Shown: piece by piece, positions 1 through 53,929 of the stretch
How positions within the stretch are numbered: the stretch's first letter is position 1
Layout of the letters: each line of letters begins with the position of its first letter
From: Octopus vulgaris
Taxonomy: Eukaryota
DNA: 64,000 bases
NCBI GenBank assembly: GCA_951406725.2
Contig: OX597823.1
Span: 34,658,001-34,722,000, forward strand
Direction: 5' to 3'
Notes under the pieces: model-generated
The model's input: only the letters and a program-made list of their open reading frames with translations
Database searches by the model: none
Told to the model about the DNA's origin: nothing
Position numbers and translations under genes: made by a program

Positions 1-80
1 GATCACTTACTACTCTTCTAGAAGAACACATATTAAAATGGTTGAGAGTGCCGATGAAGAGTCAGCTTGTTCCATGTGAT

Positions 81-124
81 CAGTCTGATGATGGTGAACA
101 TGCTAAAACTTCAAAGTCACTGTC
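81..124 (+). ncRNA. Degenerate type-I hammerhead ribozyme relic
   Basis: CAGT-CTGATGA-TGGTGAACATGCT-AAAAC-TTCAAA-GTC-ACTG; stem I and the GUC triplet are intact, other changes fit CpG decay. Confidence 0.4.
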
Positions 125-503
125 AACCTTCTTTTTTTCTCTTTTGCAAAAATTGATAAGTCCTTATAGTAAAGTTAGTTATTTTAACTTGGGAGGTTAT
201 ATAAAAAGGGAAGTTATGTATTTATATAACAGGTGGCTATGTTGACCTTGGGAGATTAGGAATCAATTGTGTGATGTTAACACTCCTTTATATAGAGATT
301 GGGATAAACCCTCTTCTCATAAAGGCAAGAGTATAATCAAAGACTAATTACCTTATTCAAAGATAAAGGGTTTCATTGTTTAATAAGGTGCATCAGTTTG
401 TTTGTGTAATTAGGAAAAGAAATATTTAAAGCACAAAAGAGAGCAAAAAAAATTCCATTTCAGTAAAAGAGGGAAGTACCGCTTGCCATGTCAAAATGTG
501 AGT

Positions 504-541
<38 letters not shown>

Positions 542-3344
542 CTGCCACTGCCACCAAAGTATTTCAACCCGGTAAATCAAACCACCCTACCCTTATCCCT
601 GACATTCTAATTGGTTGAGAGACTACAACATACACAACACATCCTGCTTCAACAATCTCATCAAGGCTGCCGTGGACACAATAGTGCCTCCTTCCCTGCG
701 CACCAGCTAATCTCTTTTTCACAGCCTTAACATCCAACCCCCACCCACACACCTCACCAAGCTTAACTACACCTCCACCCACTCCTCATATGCACCTACC
801 ACCTCCACTTGATAATAAACAATCGTCCACCCCCACCCCTCACCAGTTATTATTCAACACACACTACAAGCAACAATAACAGTGGCGGCGGCGGCGGCGG
901 TGGTGGTGGTGGTGGGCATTTCAAAGTTCAAACAGTGCAGTAGACCCATTTCCATGGAGAGGAATGGAGGCAAACAGTCCAGTTTCAATTAAAACACCCC
1001 AATCATTAACATAAATTCAACATAATTATTCTTGAAGCAAACGAAGTAAAATGTTAGCCTAAATGTTGGGGGCAACGTTAATTCTTCCACCCCCAAGGGT
1101 TATTTCTTCTTTAGTGTTTGCGTGCATGTCTGCGTGTGTGTGGGGGGTGCGTGAATGTGTATGGAGGAAAGACTTCTACCCGAAAAAAATTAAAAACTAA
1201 ATAAAGGAGCGGTTTTGGTGGGGTACAAAAGGAAATTCTGCCGCGCGCGTGCGTGTGTGTGTGTGTGTGTGTGTGTGAGGGATTATTTAATGGTTTAGTG
1301 GGAGGAGAAAAGGGTGGCACCCATGACATTTCTCTGAACCTTCAACACTGGAGAATGAAACTGGTTCATTATCCACTTCTCTGAGATGGTTGCCCTTACA
1401 CATCATAAAGGCTGTGTTCCCCACTCATGTAAACAAACCCCTTGCCTGTATGGGGAACTACCCAAAGTCCCTCCAGAACTAAATCAACATCTTTATTTAA
1501 GACCTTCCCTGAATATTTATGATAGAATGGTCCTCTCCAAAGACACCCAAGGTAGCCAAGAATGAAGGTCTTAAATCAAGCTCTGGATTTAGTCTGCCAG
1601 TCCCTGTTGAATGATCTCTACAAAAGGCTTTCACATATATTCCATCTTCCAAAATTTCCGTGACAATGGCTTTGTTTAACTCCAAGTTAGAGTAATAAAA
1701 AAAAATATTTTCCAATGCTGTGCAGTGGCATTGATTCCAAAACTCCATGTAGTTATGAGGTGAACAACTTAATCACACAGCCAGCAGTCGTTTTACATGT
1801 TTGTTTGTAATTTTGTCTATATTTCAGGATCATGTAGTTTGTAATTTCTCTCCAATGAAAAGGAGTGATTAAAACTGGAGTCTAGTAACATTTCTGGTGG
1901 AAGGGAGTGATCAAAGCTGGGCTCTTGTAAGTTTTCTGATTAAAGTAAGTTGTTAAGAATGGACTCAAATAACATTTCTGGTATCCAAAAGAAGAGAATG
2001 GTCAAGGCTAGGATCTAGCAAAGCTGACCTGAGGAATGAGGCAGTTAAAGATGAGATCTTAGCAATTAACATCTGATGGAAGAAAATGATCAAAGCTGGG
2101 TTCTAGGGAAAAAAAGCAAAACATGAAAGACAGGCTTAAAAGTTAGGTGGCAGCGACCGAGATCTTTGGCAATACACTGTGCTTGTATAGACCTGTCAAA
2201 CCAAGTGAGACCATAGTCATGGCCAATGCCATGTCAGGTCAATGCCATGTCAGGTCAATGCCATGTCAGGTCAATGGCACCCGTGCTGGAGGCACATATA
2301 ATACAACCACGACACTCTCAGAGTTGTTGGCATTAGGAAGGGCATCCAGCCATAGAAACCATTCCAAATCAGATCAGAACCTGGTGCAACACCCTGGCTT
2401 ACCAGTTTTCAATCAAATCGTCAAACCCATGTCAGCATGGAATGTGGACGTTAAATGATGATGATGATATAGTTGTGTGTTTAAGAAGTTTGCTTCCCAA
2501 CCACATGGTTTCAAATTTCATCCTATGGCATGGTGCCTTGGGCCTTCTCCTATTGCCCCAAGCCACCCAGTCGAGTGGATTTGGTGAATGGAGGGTAGCA
2601 CACATGGAGGAAGAAGAGGAAGAGCAGAGAGCAATTACTGTAAGAGAGGAGGAGAAACGATGGGTGGGTTCAGCAAAGGCAAGAAGGGCTAAAGGGCATT
2701 CTAGAAGTGTAAGGGTAGAGTTAGATAAAGATAAGAAGAGCAGGGCTAGCTCAAAGTACTGGCAACTTGGGCAGATGCCCAGGGGGCCATGTGCTAGGGG
2801 GTGCCAAGGAGGGTGTGACAAAGACAAGGAAATTTCCATGGCTGTCAGCTTGTACACACCAAAGTTCAGCTTGCCCAGGGTACCAGCAACCTGGCCCTGA
2901 AGCGGAGATGTTGGGTGGAAATAGAAGTAGGTTGTAATAGAATTGTGAGTGATGAAACGATTTGGGTCCTGCAAGGCAATGGAGGAGAGCAGTATACACA
3001 CACACACACACACATTTATCATTGTCATTTATTCATTCATTTATCTAATTTTGTCACAGTTTGGCTGACTGAAAACTGTTGGTTATAGCTCTAGTTAAGA
3101 ATGCAAATGCCCAATTCTTTCTCATTATTATCATTACTATTCTTTCACACCGACAGCCAGAGTTTTTGTTGTTTAGCAGTGCGCCCGCCCTTCCCACCCT
3201 CACCACCTGTACTGGATATCTCTATCTCCTGACCTCTATTGGATGTCCAAAGGCTTAATGTTCCCCCATCTCTACTTAGGGTTTATCTCCTATGTAATGT
3301 AGTGATTATGTAGTGCATAAAAATGATGGCGTAGTATATGCAGG

Positions 3345-4812
3345 TTGAAGGCTATTGTAGGGATCTTCCATGGTGTACGTAGGGGCTATGGTTTTGGCTC
3401 CTGCAATGAGGAGGGAATCAGGCTGCTGGAGTTCTATGATGCAAATGATCTTATAGTTTGTAATACTAACTTCAGGAAACCTGCCAGTTGCTTATTCACC
3501 TACTGGTGTGGTGGACACACTAATGAAATTTACTATATCCTTGCAAGGAAACGGGAAAGATGTAGAAAAGGCATCAGTAGAAACTCCATAAGATGTACCC
3601 GGTGTAAGCTACGGACACATAAGAAGTGCAGCAATATCAAAGGAAGGCTAACTGGGAAGATAGTTTTTGTGTGTGGCAAATGCTCAGAGGAAATAAACAC
3701 TGTAAATGTGCAGAAAACAGCTTCCATCACATGCCAGGGAGAAAAACTAGAAGTAGATGATAGCTTCCATTACCTAGGTGACCAAGTCAGTAGCGAGGGG
3801 TGGATGCTCTGAGAGTGTAACTGCTCAAATAAGAATAGCCTACCTCTGCTAAAGGGTCTCTTGCTCAGAGTAGGAGGTAGACTGTATGACGCATGTGTGT
3901 GAATAGCCATGCTACATGGCAGTGAAACATGGGTCTTGACTGCTGAGGACATGCGTAAGCTTGCAAGGAATGAAGCTAGTATGCTCCACTGGATGTCTAA
4001 TGTTAGTGTGCATATTCCACAGAGTGTAAGTGCCTTGAGAGAAAAGTTGGACCTAAGAAGAATCAGATGTGATGTGCAAGAGAGCCGACTGCGCTGGTAT
4101 GGTCATGTGGTGAGAATTGATGAGGATAGCTGTGTGAGAAAGTGTCACACCCTAGCGATTGAGGGAACCTGTGGAAGAGGTAGACCCAGGAAGACCTGGG
4201 ATGAGGTGGTGAAGTATGACCTTCAAATGCTGGGCCTCATGGAGGTGATGACAAGTGACTGAGACATTTGGAGATATGCTGTGCTTGAGAAGACCTGAAA
4301 AGCTAAGTGAGACCATAACCGTGGCCTATGCCAGTGCAGTATAACCGGCACATTTAAGAGTACCCTTCAGTCATTGAGCAATAAACTATGCTTGTAAAGA
4401 CCTGTTGAGTCAAGAGAAGTCATTGTCGTGGCCGATACCAGCACCACCTGACTGGCACCCATGCTGGTGGCCTGTAAAAAGAACCATTCAAGCGTAGTCA
4501 TTGCCTATGCTACCTGACTGGCTCCCACGCAGGTGGCACATAAAAAGCACCATTCAAGTGTGTTCGATGCCCATGCTGCCTGACTGGTCCCATGCTGGTT
4601 GCATGTAAAAGCACCATTCAAGTGTGGTTGTTACAAGTGCGACTTGATTGGCTCCCATGCCAGTTGCACGTAAAAAGCATCCAGTTGTAGAAACTTTGCC
4701 AGATCAGATTGGAGCTTGGTGCAGCCTTCTGGTTTGCCAGCCCCCAGTCAAACTATCCAACCTATGCCAGCATGGAAAGCAGACATTAAACAACGACGAT
4801 GACGATGATGAT
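3345..4812 (+). mobile_element. RTE-clade LINE, internally deleted (APE fragment, PHD-like finger, C-terminus, 3' UTR with (GAT)n tail)
   Basis: GYGFGSCNEEGIRLLEF (APE end), MLHGSETW...RLRWYGHVVR...RGRPRKTW (RTE C-terminus), (GAC/GAT)n tail. Confidence 0.85.
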
Positions 4813-4946
4813 TATATATATCGTTTGTAGAAAACATAAATCCAGAGAAGAAGCACTCTCTAAGATGTAGAGCAATATATATAAGAAAAATTGAAATTGA
4901 AAAGGCACTGAGAATAGTTAAAAAATTTTTATATTTAAAGATTTAG

Positions 4947-5354
4947 ACTGAGTTTCAAAAACTTCAAATAGAAAGACATGGCTTATGTCACAACTGTCTT
5001 GCTTCTGACTAGTGTTTGAAGCTTGTAGGGAGTTCATGGCTTAAATTAGTACATGTTTTGAATAAGTCACATGGCTGGACTTAGAAATTTTTGTAGGCTG
5101 TAGGTTAAGGCGGACTGAACTGTGTCAGCCTTAACTTACAATGCTAAATAGTGTCACTTGATACTAACAAACCTACAAAAATTTCTAAGGACCAATCATG
5201 TGACTATCCTCTACCAATCAAATCATATTCCAAACATATACTAATTTGAGCCATGACCTCCCTACAAAAATAGAGTGAGCTTCAAATACTCGTCAGAAGC
5301 AAGACAGCTGCGACATAAGTCACGTCTTTCTATTTGAACTGTTTGAAAATCAGT
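4947..5354. repeat. Imperfect ~400-bp fold-back inverted repeat
   Basis: Arm 4947-5100 is the reverse complement of 5170-5354 with indels (e.g. GAAAGACATGGCTTATGTC / GACATAAGTCACGTCTTTC). Confidence 0.85.
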
Positions 5355-5562
5355 GTGGAATAAAATAACTTTGTTTTATATATATATACGTATACGGCAA
5401 GAAGAAAATGGAGGGGATACAGAAATAGTATACATCAACTGTTAGACATTATATTATGTCTATTTATTTATTCTAAAACATTTAGGAGAATGAATACATA
5501 TGTAAAGACTGTGAATTACATACATAAGTACTAGTAATTCATAGAATAGAAAAAGAACAGTT

Positions 5563-5687
5563 TCTTACGGCCGTTTCTGCCAAGAGGTCACAATACTCTA
5601 CATGTTATTTCCATCTCTTCAGTGTTCTGTAGTGATCGGTAGATAAAATTAGGGTATTTAGGTGTGCCTCTAGGCCACATCAGAGAG
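5563..5687 (-). ncRNA. Type-I hammerhead with long stem II insertion (A9 mutated)
   Basis: Minus strand TCT-CTGATGT-G-GCCTAGAGG...CCTCTTGGC-A-GAAAC-GGCC-GTA-AGA; palindromic stem III ACGGCCGT; AATAAA downstream; element lies between (TA)n tracts. Confidence 0.55.
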
Positions 5688-5764
5688 TTTAAAAGAGGGT
5701 CTAAAAAGTTCAGAGGGCTAATGCATGTATATATAAATATACTTATATACACTCTTATATATAT

Positions 5765-6165
5765 ACTCTTTTACTCTTTTACTTCTTTCAGTCATTTGAC
5801 TGCGGCCATGCTGGAGCACTGCCTTTAATCAAGCAACTCGACCCCGGGACTTATTCTTTTGTAAGCCCAGTATCTATCAGTCTCTTTTGCCGAACTGCTA
5901 AGTAATGGGGACATAAACACACCAGCATCGGTTGTCAAGCAATGCTAGGGGGACAAACACAGACACACAAACACACACACGCATATATATATACATATAT
6001 ACGACAGGCTTCTTTCAGTTTCCGTCTACCAAATCCACTCACAAGGCTTTGGTCGGCCCAAGGCTATAGTAGAAGACACTTGCCCAAGGTCCCACACAGT
6101 GGGACTGAACCCGGAACCATGTGGTTGGTAAACAAGCTACTTACCACACAGCCACTCCTGCGCAA
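5765..6165 (-). mobile_element. tRNA-derived CORE-type SINE with internal microsatellite and (AAAGAGT)n tail
   Basis: tRNA-like A/B boxes, CCTTGGGCAAGTG core, tail shared with many copies (8430-9505, 11530-11765, 20420-20640, 49155-49560, 55405-55765, 62725-63318). Confidence 0.85.
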
Positions 6166-7045
6166 TATATATATATATATATATATATTGTATATTTGTG
6201 TGTGTTACACCTTCTTGATAATCCCTACTCTTATCCCCTGCTCTTGACTTTTTCACCCATTTTTCCACGGGTGGATAAGTCTTCTGTAGCACTGCATATC
6301 ACCAGTGTGTACAGTCTCTTGCAATCTGCTCTGGAAGGCAGAGCATCTACAGTCAGCCTTCACAGCTTTGTCTCTAGTTTTCCTTCTTCCCCAGCTTTCA
6401 CTGACTTTGAGTGATCAGCATCAGTCAGTTTTCATACCCGAAAACACCCAAACACACCCAACCCGACCAGCACAGTCTTTTGCACACTGCGCCTGATTTT
6501 TCTCTCAGTACATTTGTACCCTGGCGTTCATGCACACTAACATTACACAAACAGTGGAACATGACAGTCTCTCTTCTTTCTAGTCTTTGTAAGCTGTCTG
6601 CATTCAAGGCGCAGGTCTCCCTGCCATGTAGCATCACAGTTCTTGTCATCATCATCATCATTTAACATCTATATTCCATGCTGATATGGGTAGGACAGCT
6701 TGACAGGATACATTAGATCCAAGGACTTAATTCTACTCCAGTGTCTGCTTTGGCATGATTTCTATGGCTGGAAGCCCTTCCTAACACCAACCATTTCACA
6801 GGGTGTGCTGGGTACATTTTTCACACAACCAGCCATGCAGCTTGCAAGACTATAGACGCTGAGGGCAGGGGCATCTTTATGCTAGGGGAATAAGGAGTAG
6901 AGAGGAAAAGGGCCAGAGAAGAACAGGGTTTTGCTGTGTGGGAGCTATGTAATTATTCATCTTTTAAGTGGAGCTAGAAAGAAATGAAAAATTGTGGTGG
7001 TAAGAAGTGCATAAGAAAAAATGTGAGAAAAAATATTGGACTTAC

Positions 7046-48009
<40,964 letters not shown>

Positions 48010-48185
48010 ACTGAATGAAGAAACTCCAGCTGAACGAAAGACAAGAAAAGAAAAGAAAAGAAAAAGTGAAAGATTGTAAGGTGTGCTTGTATGGATGGTA
48101 GTGTTGCTGTTCACACAAAATATTCAGACTTAGAGAATGGAAGATCCAATAAATTGACAAGTTGTAGCTCAGTTGCAAACATAGT

Positions 48186-48693
48186 TTAACTCTTTCATAA
48201 CCAACATGGTTGAAACCGGCTCTGGTTCTGTATTACAAATGTCTTGTTTTCAAAAGTTTTGAATTAAAATCTTCCACCAGACATTAGTCACAATTTATGT
48301 TCCTAACACTAGCTGAATAATATCTAAGTTATTTTACTAAATTCTTTGTTATATTTAAAATTAATTGAAACAAACACAGAGCATCTCAACAGAAATATGG
48401 TAACAAAAGGGTTAACACACATAATAGAGAAATAATTCTTAAAATATATAATAGAGAAACAATTCTTAACCCTTTTGATACCAACCTGGCTGAAACTGGC
48501 TCTGGTTCTGAGTACAAATGTCTTGTTTTCAAAAGTTCTGTATTAAAATCTTTCACCAAACCTTAGTTACAATTTATGTTCCTAACACTAACTTAATGAT
48601 AACTAAGTTATTTTCTAACCTTTTTATTATATTTAAAATTAATTGAAAGAAACACAGAGCATCTCAAAATGAATACAGTAATGAAAGGGTTAA
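48186..48693. mobile_element. Tandem pair of TTAA MITEs
   Basis: Two copies bounded by TTAA..AAGGGTTAA and separated by ~50 bp; the same pair occurs at 58301-58799. Confidence 0.8.
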
Positions 48694-50307
48694 AGCATTC
48701 CTGCTGTTATTTCAAAGAAACCTGTCTCTCCATCAGGTGTTATAATTCTTGCTTTTGTATCTTCAGAAAGCTTTGTTATTGCATTGAGAAGATTTGGATG
48801 TCTATTGATATGCTCTAAGAATTTTGAGCATCTTGCCTCTGTGATTAGAATCAAAAGCCTTCTTGAAATCAACATACAGGATGATGGTTCTGCTATTGTG
48901 TGCTTTGACCTCTTCAATTAACCTTCTCAGAGTCAGAATATGTGTTGCTGTGGATCTACCAGGTTGGAACCCATTCTGATTTTGTCGTAGATGTTTATCA
49001 ATTGCTTGGCTGTAGTCTGTTAAGCATCATTCTGTTGATGAGTCTGGCTACTGTGTGGTGCATTTTCATGGTTTGTGTGTTTTGTCCTAAACACAACACA
49101 AATTCCTTACTTATCAATCAAGAAATCACTGACTTCTAAAATTAATATATATAGGTACAGGAGTGGCTCTGTGATAAGAAGCTTGCTTCCCAACCACAAG
49201 GTTCCAGGTTCAGTCTTACTGCACGGCACCTTTGGCAAGTGTCTTCTACTATAGGCTCCAGTCGAACAAGGCCTTGTAAGTGGATTTGGTAGATAGAAAC
49301 TGGAAGAAGCCCTTCATATACACATACACACACACATATATATATGTATGTATATGTTTGTGTGTTTGTGTTTGTCCCCCTACCATCACTTGACATCTGA
49401 TGTTAGTATGTTTGCATACCCATAACATAGCAGTTCAGCAAAAGAGACTGATAAAAAAGTACTAGGCTTACAAAGAATAAGTTCTGGAATCAATTTGTTT
49501 GACTAAAGAAGGTGCTCCAATATGGCCACAGTCAAATGACTGAAACAAGTAAAAGAATGCATCTTCTCACTCACACACAAGGAAATCACAATATTGTGTC
49601 AAGAATAAAGTCAATAAGAATTAATTGCTCAGCCCACCTAGCTGTTAGTAGGTACCACCATGTGGTGTACTTCCCTATACTATGTCAATGATCAAGAGAC
49701 TCAGCTTTCTATAACCCAATCTATTTAGCTGTAAATAGGTACCAAAAACTAGTGGCATAATTGACTGACATAAACAGCAGCTGATTTACAAAACTGATCA
49801 ATGATTGATTTGCTTAGAGCGGTAAGATTCCATGCAACCTACAGTTATTAAAGAGATATGGCTTTCAATTGTTTAATAGAAACCGGAAGAGGAACATTCA
49901 CAGAGTAGCTGGCAAAGAGGCAAAATGAGTCATTTTTAGGGAATAATGGAAGCGTAATTATAAAGAAAAATTTCCTCACACAGCTTTAATTTTTCATACA
50001 CACATATAATACACACACACAAACGCACACACACACAAACACACACACACACACACACATAATACACACATACACAAATATATTCTTTTCTACTCTAGGC
50101 ACAAGGTCCAAAATTTTGGGGGAGGGAGCCGGCCCCCAGTACACAACTGGTACTTAATTTATTAATCCCGAAAGGATGAAAGGCAAAGTTGACCTCAGTG
50201 GAATTTGAACTCAGGACATAAAGACAGATGAAATACGCTAAGCATTTCGCCCGGTGTGGTAATCTTTCTGTCAGCTCACTGCCTTACATCTATATCTGTA
50301 AAATTCA

Positions 50308-50374
<67 letters not shown>

Positions 50375-51689
50375 CTTTTTATGCATTTCCACATTTTTCA
50401 TCCAATTTTGATGACATTTGTTTTATTAAATGGCAAATTTACCCAGGCAGGTCACTGCTGCATAACCGATGCCTAGAGGTACCCCCTTCTAGGAGAAAAA
50501 TCGATAAAAGTGAAGGGACACACCTCCACTTTTTGCAAAAGTTGCACATTAGAAATGTTTTTACAAGAACATCCGATTTTTATAATTTTGGTGTCAAAAA
50601 GACCGTCATGTTGTGACATTTCAGACAAATATTTTGGCACTGCCTTGGGACCTCTGATTCCCAAGAAAATTGCAAAAAACTTTGAAAAATCAATTTTTCG
50701 CATTTTTGCAAAGTTACATGGAAAGTCCGATTTCCTTGGTTTTACAGCTAAAAAACCACCTTGTAATGGTGGTCCTATGAAGTATCCGTTCTATGTCCAA
50801 AGGCATCCCAGTGTGACAAAAACCATGGAAAACTGTGAAAAAATCGATTTTATAAATTTTTTTCCTCTTTAAATCTTCAAAAACTTCTCACTGCTTTGGT
50901 GGATTGCATTCAAACTTTACACACTATTTACTCATCCAAAGGATAATGTTAGGAAACTACAATTTGCACAGAATTCATCCACGTATGATCAACAATTGAG
51001 AAAAACTAAGTAGAAAACTGGTTTTTTTGCCGTTAAATCCCTCATTTTTGACCAAATTCATCCAAATCTCATATGAACTGTACAGATGACTTAACAATGG
51101 TTTAAAACTATTTTTGGTTAATATTCTTTATCTAACTTGCGACAGATCTACGAAATACTGTGAAACATCACCTTTGCATATTTTTGCAGAGTTACACCTA
51201 AGAAAGCTGTTTCAAGAAACACCTGATCTTTTTTTTTTTTTTTGCTTTTTGTTGCAAAAGAACTGCTATGTTAATCGTTTCTGGAAAGTATTTCTTCTTT
51301 GTCCCTGTGCATCCGGGTTCTACAGAAAACTGGAAAACATAGACAGTCCTCCCCCTCCAACAGCTTCACCTTTTTGCAGAGGGCTAGGTCTAGGTCAACC
51401 TTCCACTCACACTCCTTTGCACCTAATAAATGCCACTTGGGAAAAATCACTTCTTCCTCAGTGTCAATGTTTGCAACTTAATCCAAAAAATATTCAAAGA
51501 GATGTACAACGAAAAATATGGTAGAACCTATCAAGAGTATTTAAGAGCCAAATAATGCTGGGTACTTCTGCTAGTACACAAATATATTACATATACACCT
51601 GTATATATAGCAATCTAATTATCTATCTACCATTTCGCCATGATAGATCGCTAGCCACTAAACCTTTTTCTATTTTCTCTCCCTGTTTA

Positions 51690-51723
51690 TTTCTGTCGAA
51701 GAGCATAGGCTCGAAACATAAAA
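51690..51723 (+). ncRNA. Minimal hammerhead-like motif (family C; non-canonical CUGUCGA)
   Basis: TTT-CTGTCGA-A-GAGC-ATAG-GCTC-GAAAC-ATA-AAA. Confidence 0.5.
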
Positions 51724-51881
51724 GACTTTCTCACTTTCCAAGTGTTAAACAAATACATCTGTTTGTTGTTTACACACCCATCTTTGTCTTTTGTGTTTTT
51801 TTAAATTCTCACAACCAATTTGTTTATCTACCTATCTGTCTGTCTGTCTATTTATTACTATCTCTCTCTATATATATCTAT

Positions 51882-51950
<69 letters not shown>

Positions 51951-52405
51951 ACTTCCATTAAAGCAGGCCATGAATAAGGCATTCAGTCATCTGTTATCTG
52001 TCATTTTGTTATTTTATCTGTCAAAATGTTGGGTTATTTTGTAAACCACATATGAATTGTACAGACTTAACAGACTCTCATGTGTGTGTGTGTGTGTGTG
52101 TGTAGTTGTTTGTTTTCTTTGGAAATTGTATAAGCTTGTTTTTTACTATACAGCATTTAAACTAGATACTTATAAAGTGACAAGGGTCTTTTGTTTAAAG
52201 TCAAGACAGTTCCTGAGCTTTCTGGAAATGAGAATGAGGTAGTGTGTGTATGTAAGTAAGGCTGTGTGAGTATGCATCTGTATGTATCTGTATGTGTTAT
52301 ACACATATTTGGTTGCAAAGTGAACTTCTTAACCATACAACCACGCCAGCACATAAATTATCATTATTTGCATCATATATATTGATGTAGAATATGTATG
52401 TAGGC

Positions 52406-52477
<72 letters not shown>

Positions 52478-52541
52478 AGAGAGAGAGAGAATAGATAAAT
52501 AGATAGATAGATAAATAGATAGATAAAGAGAGAGAGAGAGA

Positions 52542-52607
<66 letters not shown>

Positions 52608-52749
52608 TGATTAGAGTATCCTCATAATGAAATGTCTGTTGTCATTCTTAAACTCGGTTAAAATAATTAGCTTAATTGAAAATATATTCGTGTGAATGTG
52701 TGTGAATGTGTGTGCGTGTGTGTGTGTGTGTGTATGTGTATGTGTGTGT

Positions 52750-53445
52750 GTACATAAGTGCCTCTCCCTCAGAATGATAAGCAGACTGTATGATGCCTGT
52801 ATGGAAACAGCCATGCTCCATGGCAGTGAAACATGAGCTGTGACCACAGAGGACATGTGTTGGCTTGAAAGAAATGAAGCCAGTATGCATGTATGACAGA
52901 GTGTAAGCATCTTGAGAGAAAAGTTGGACATAAGAGGCATCTGATGTGGTATGCAAGAGAGATGAATGTGCTGGCACGGTCATGTGATGTGTATGGACGA
53001 GGACAGCCGTGAAAAGAAATACCAATCTCTAACGGTGAAGGAAACCTGTGGAAGAGGTAGGCCCAGGAAGACATGGGATGAGGTGGTGAAGCATGATCTT
53101 CAAATGTTGGGCCTCACAGAGGTGATAACTAGTGACCAAGACCTTTGGTGATATGCTGTGCTTGAGAAGACTCATTAAGCCAAGTAGAACCATATGGCAC
53201 CTGTGAAATCGTAATTGTTGTAGATACTGGTGTCACACAACTGGCACCTGTGCCAGTGGCCCATAAAAAGCACCCATTACACTCTTGGAGTGGTTGGTGT
53301 TCGGGAGGACATCCAGCCGTAGAAATCATGCCAAATCAGACTGGAGTCTGGTGCAGCCTCCCAGGTTACCAACTCTGGTCAAACTGTCCAACCCATGGCA
53401 GCATGGACAACAGATGTTAAATCGTGGTGATGATAATGATGATGA
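52750..53445 (+). mobile_element. RTE LINE 3' fragment
   Basis: WHGHVMCMDEDS...CGRGRPRKTWDEVVKHDL plus tail. Confidence 0.85.
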
Positions 53446-53929
53446 TAAACAGATTTATTAGTGAGGGATTATCAATCCAGGCTTTATAAGCTCTCTGTTA
53501 GTACACCAGACTAACAATATCATTTAGATTAGTATAAAACTCCTTGAATTCTAATGGCAGGGTCCAAGGTTATGGTTCATCACCATTCTATATTGTAAAT
53601 CCATGGTTGTGTTCCAGTTATCCTGGTTTTTACACATACTGATATTCAAGACAAGGCATAAATAAGGATCATGACATATTTTTCTTTATTGCAGTAAATT
53701 TGACTTACAGCTGTTTCCAGTAGCCATTTTAGGTTCGTTATTGATAAGTCTACTCAGTTATCGTCTCTATGTATATTAAACCACAGTTTTACCTTTAAAT
53801 TACCTACTACCATATACCTTATAACAAGGACCATACAGACTGAGGTAATATACCAGGAGTGCCTATGGATACATCTATCTCTTAGAAGGTTACATCACCT
53901 CTAACTTATATCTTACAATATATATATCA

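Noticed and set aside
2432-3028. 198-aa and 152-aa overlapping ORFs
   Set aside because: No recognisable domain; they span SINE, microsatellite and probable decayed LINE sequence.
1-7045. Search for the ABCC signature (LSGGQ)/Walker B exon
   Set aside because: No matching exon was found by eye; the GGAGGT-rich stretch near 800 is low-complexity. The exon is presumed to lie outside the window.
50440-51540. Probable DNA-transposon-derived segment
   Set aside because: The texture suggests a non-autonomous element, but I could not define TIRs, a TSD or coding remnants.
53709-53727. Possible upstream coding exon ATGGCTACTGGAAACAGCT|GTAAGT, in phase with the 48029 exon
   Set aside because: The donor overlaps GAAAC-AGCT-GTA, the 3' half of an HHR/PLE-type repeat motif, and no clear acceptor or homology supports it. 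It needs RNA-seq.
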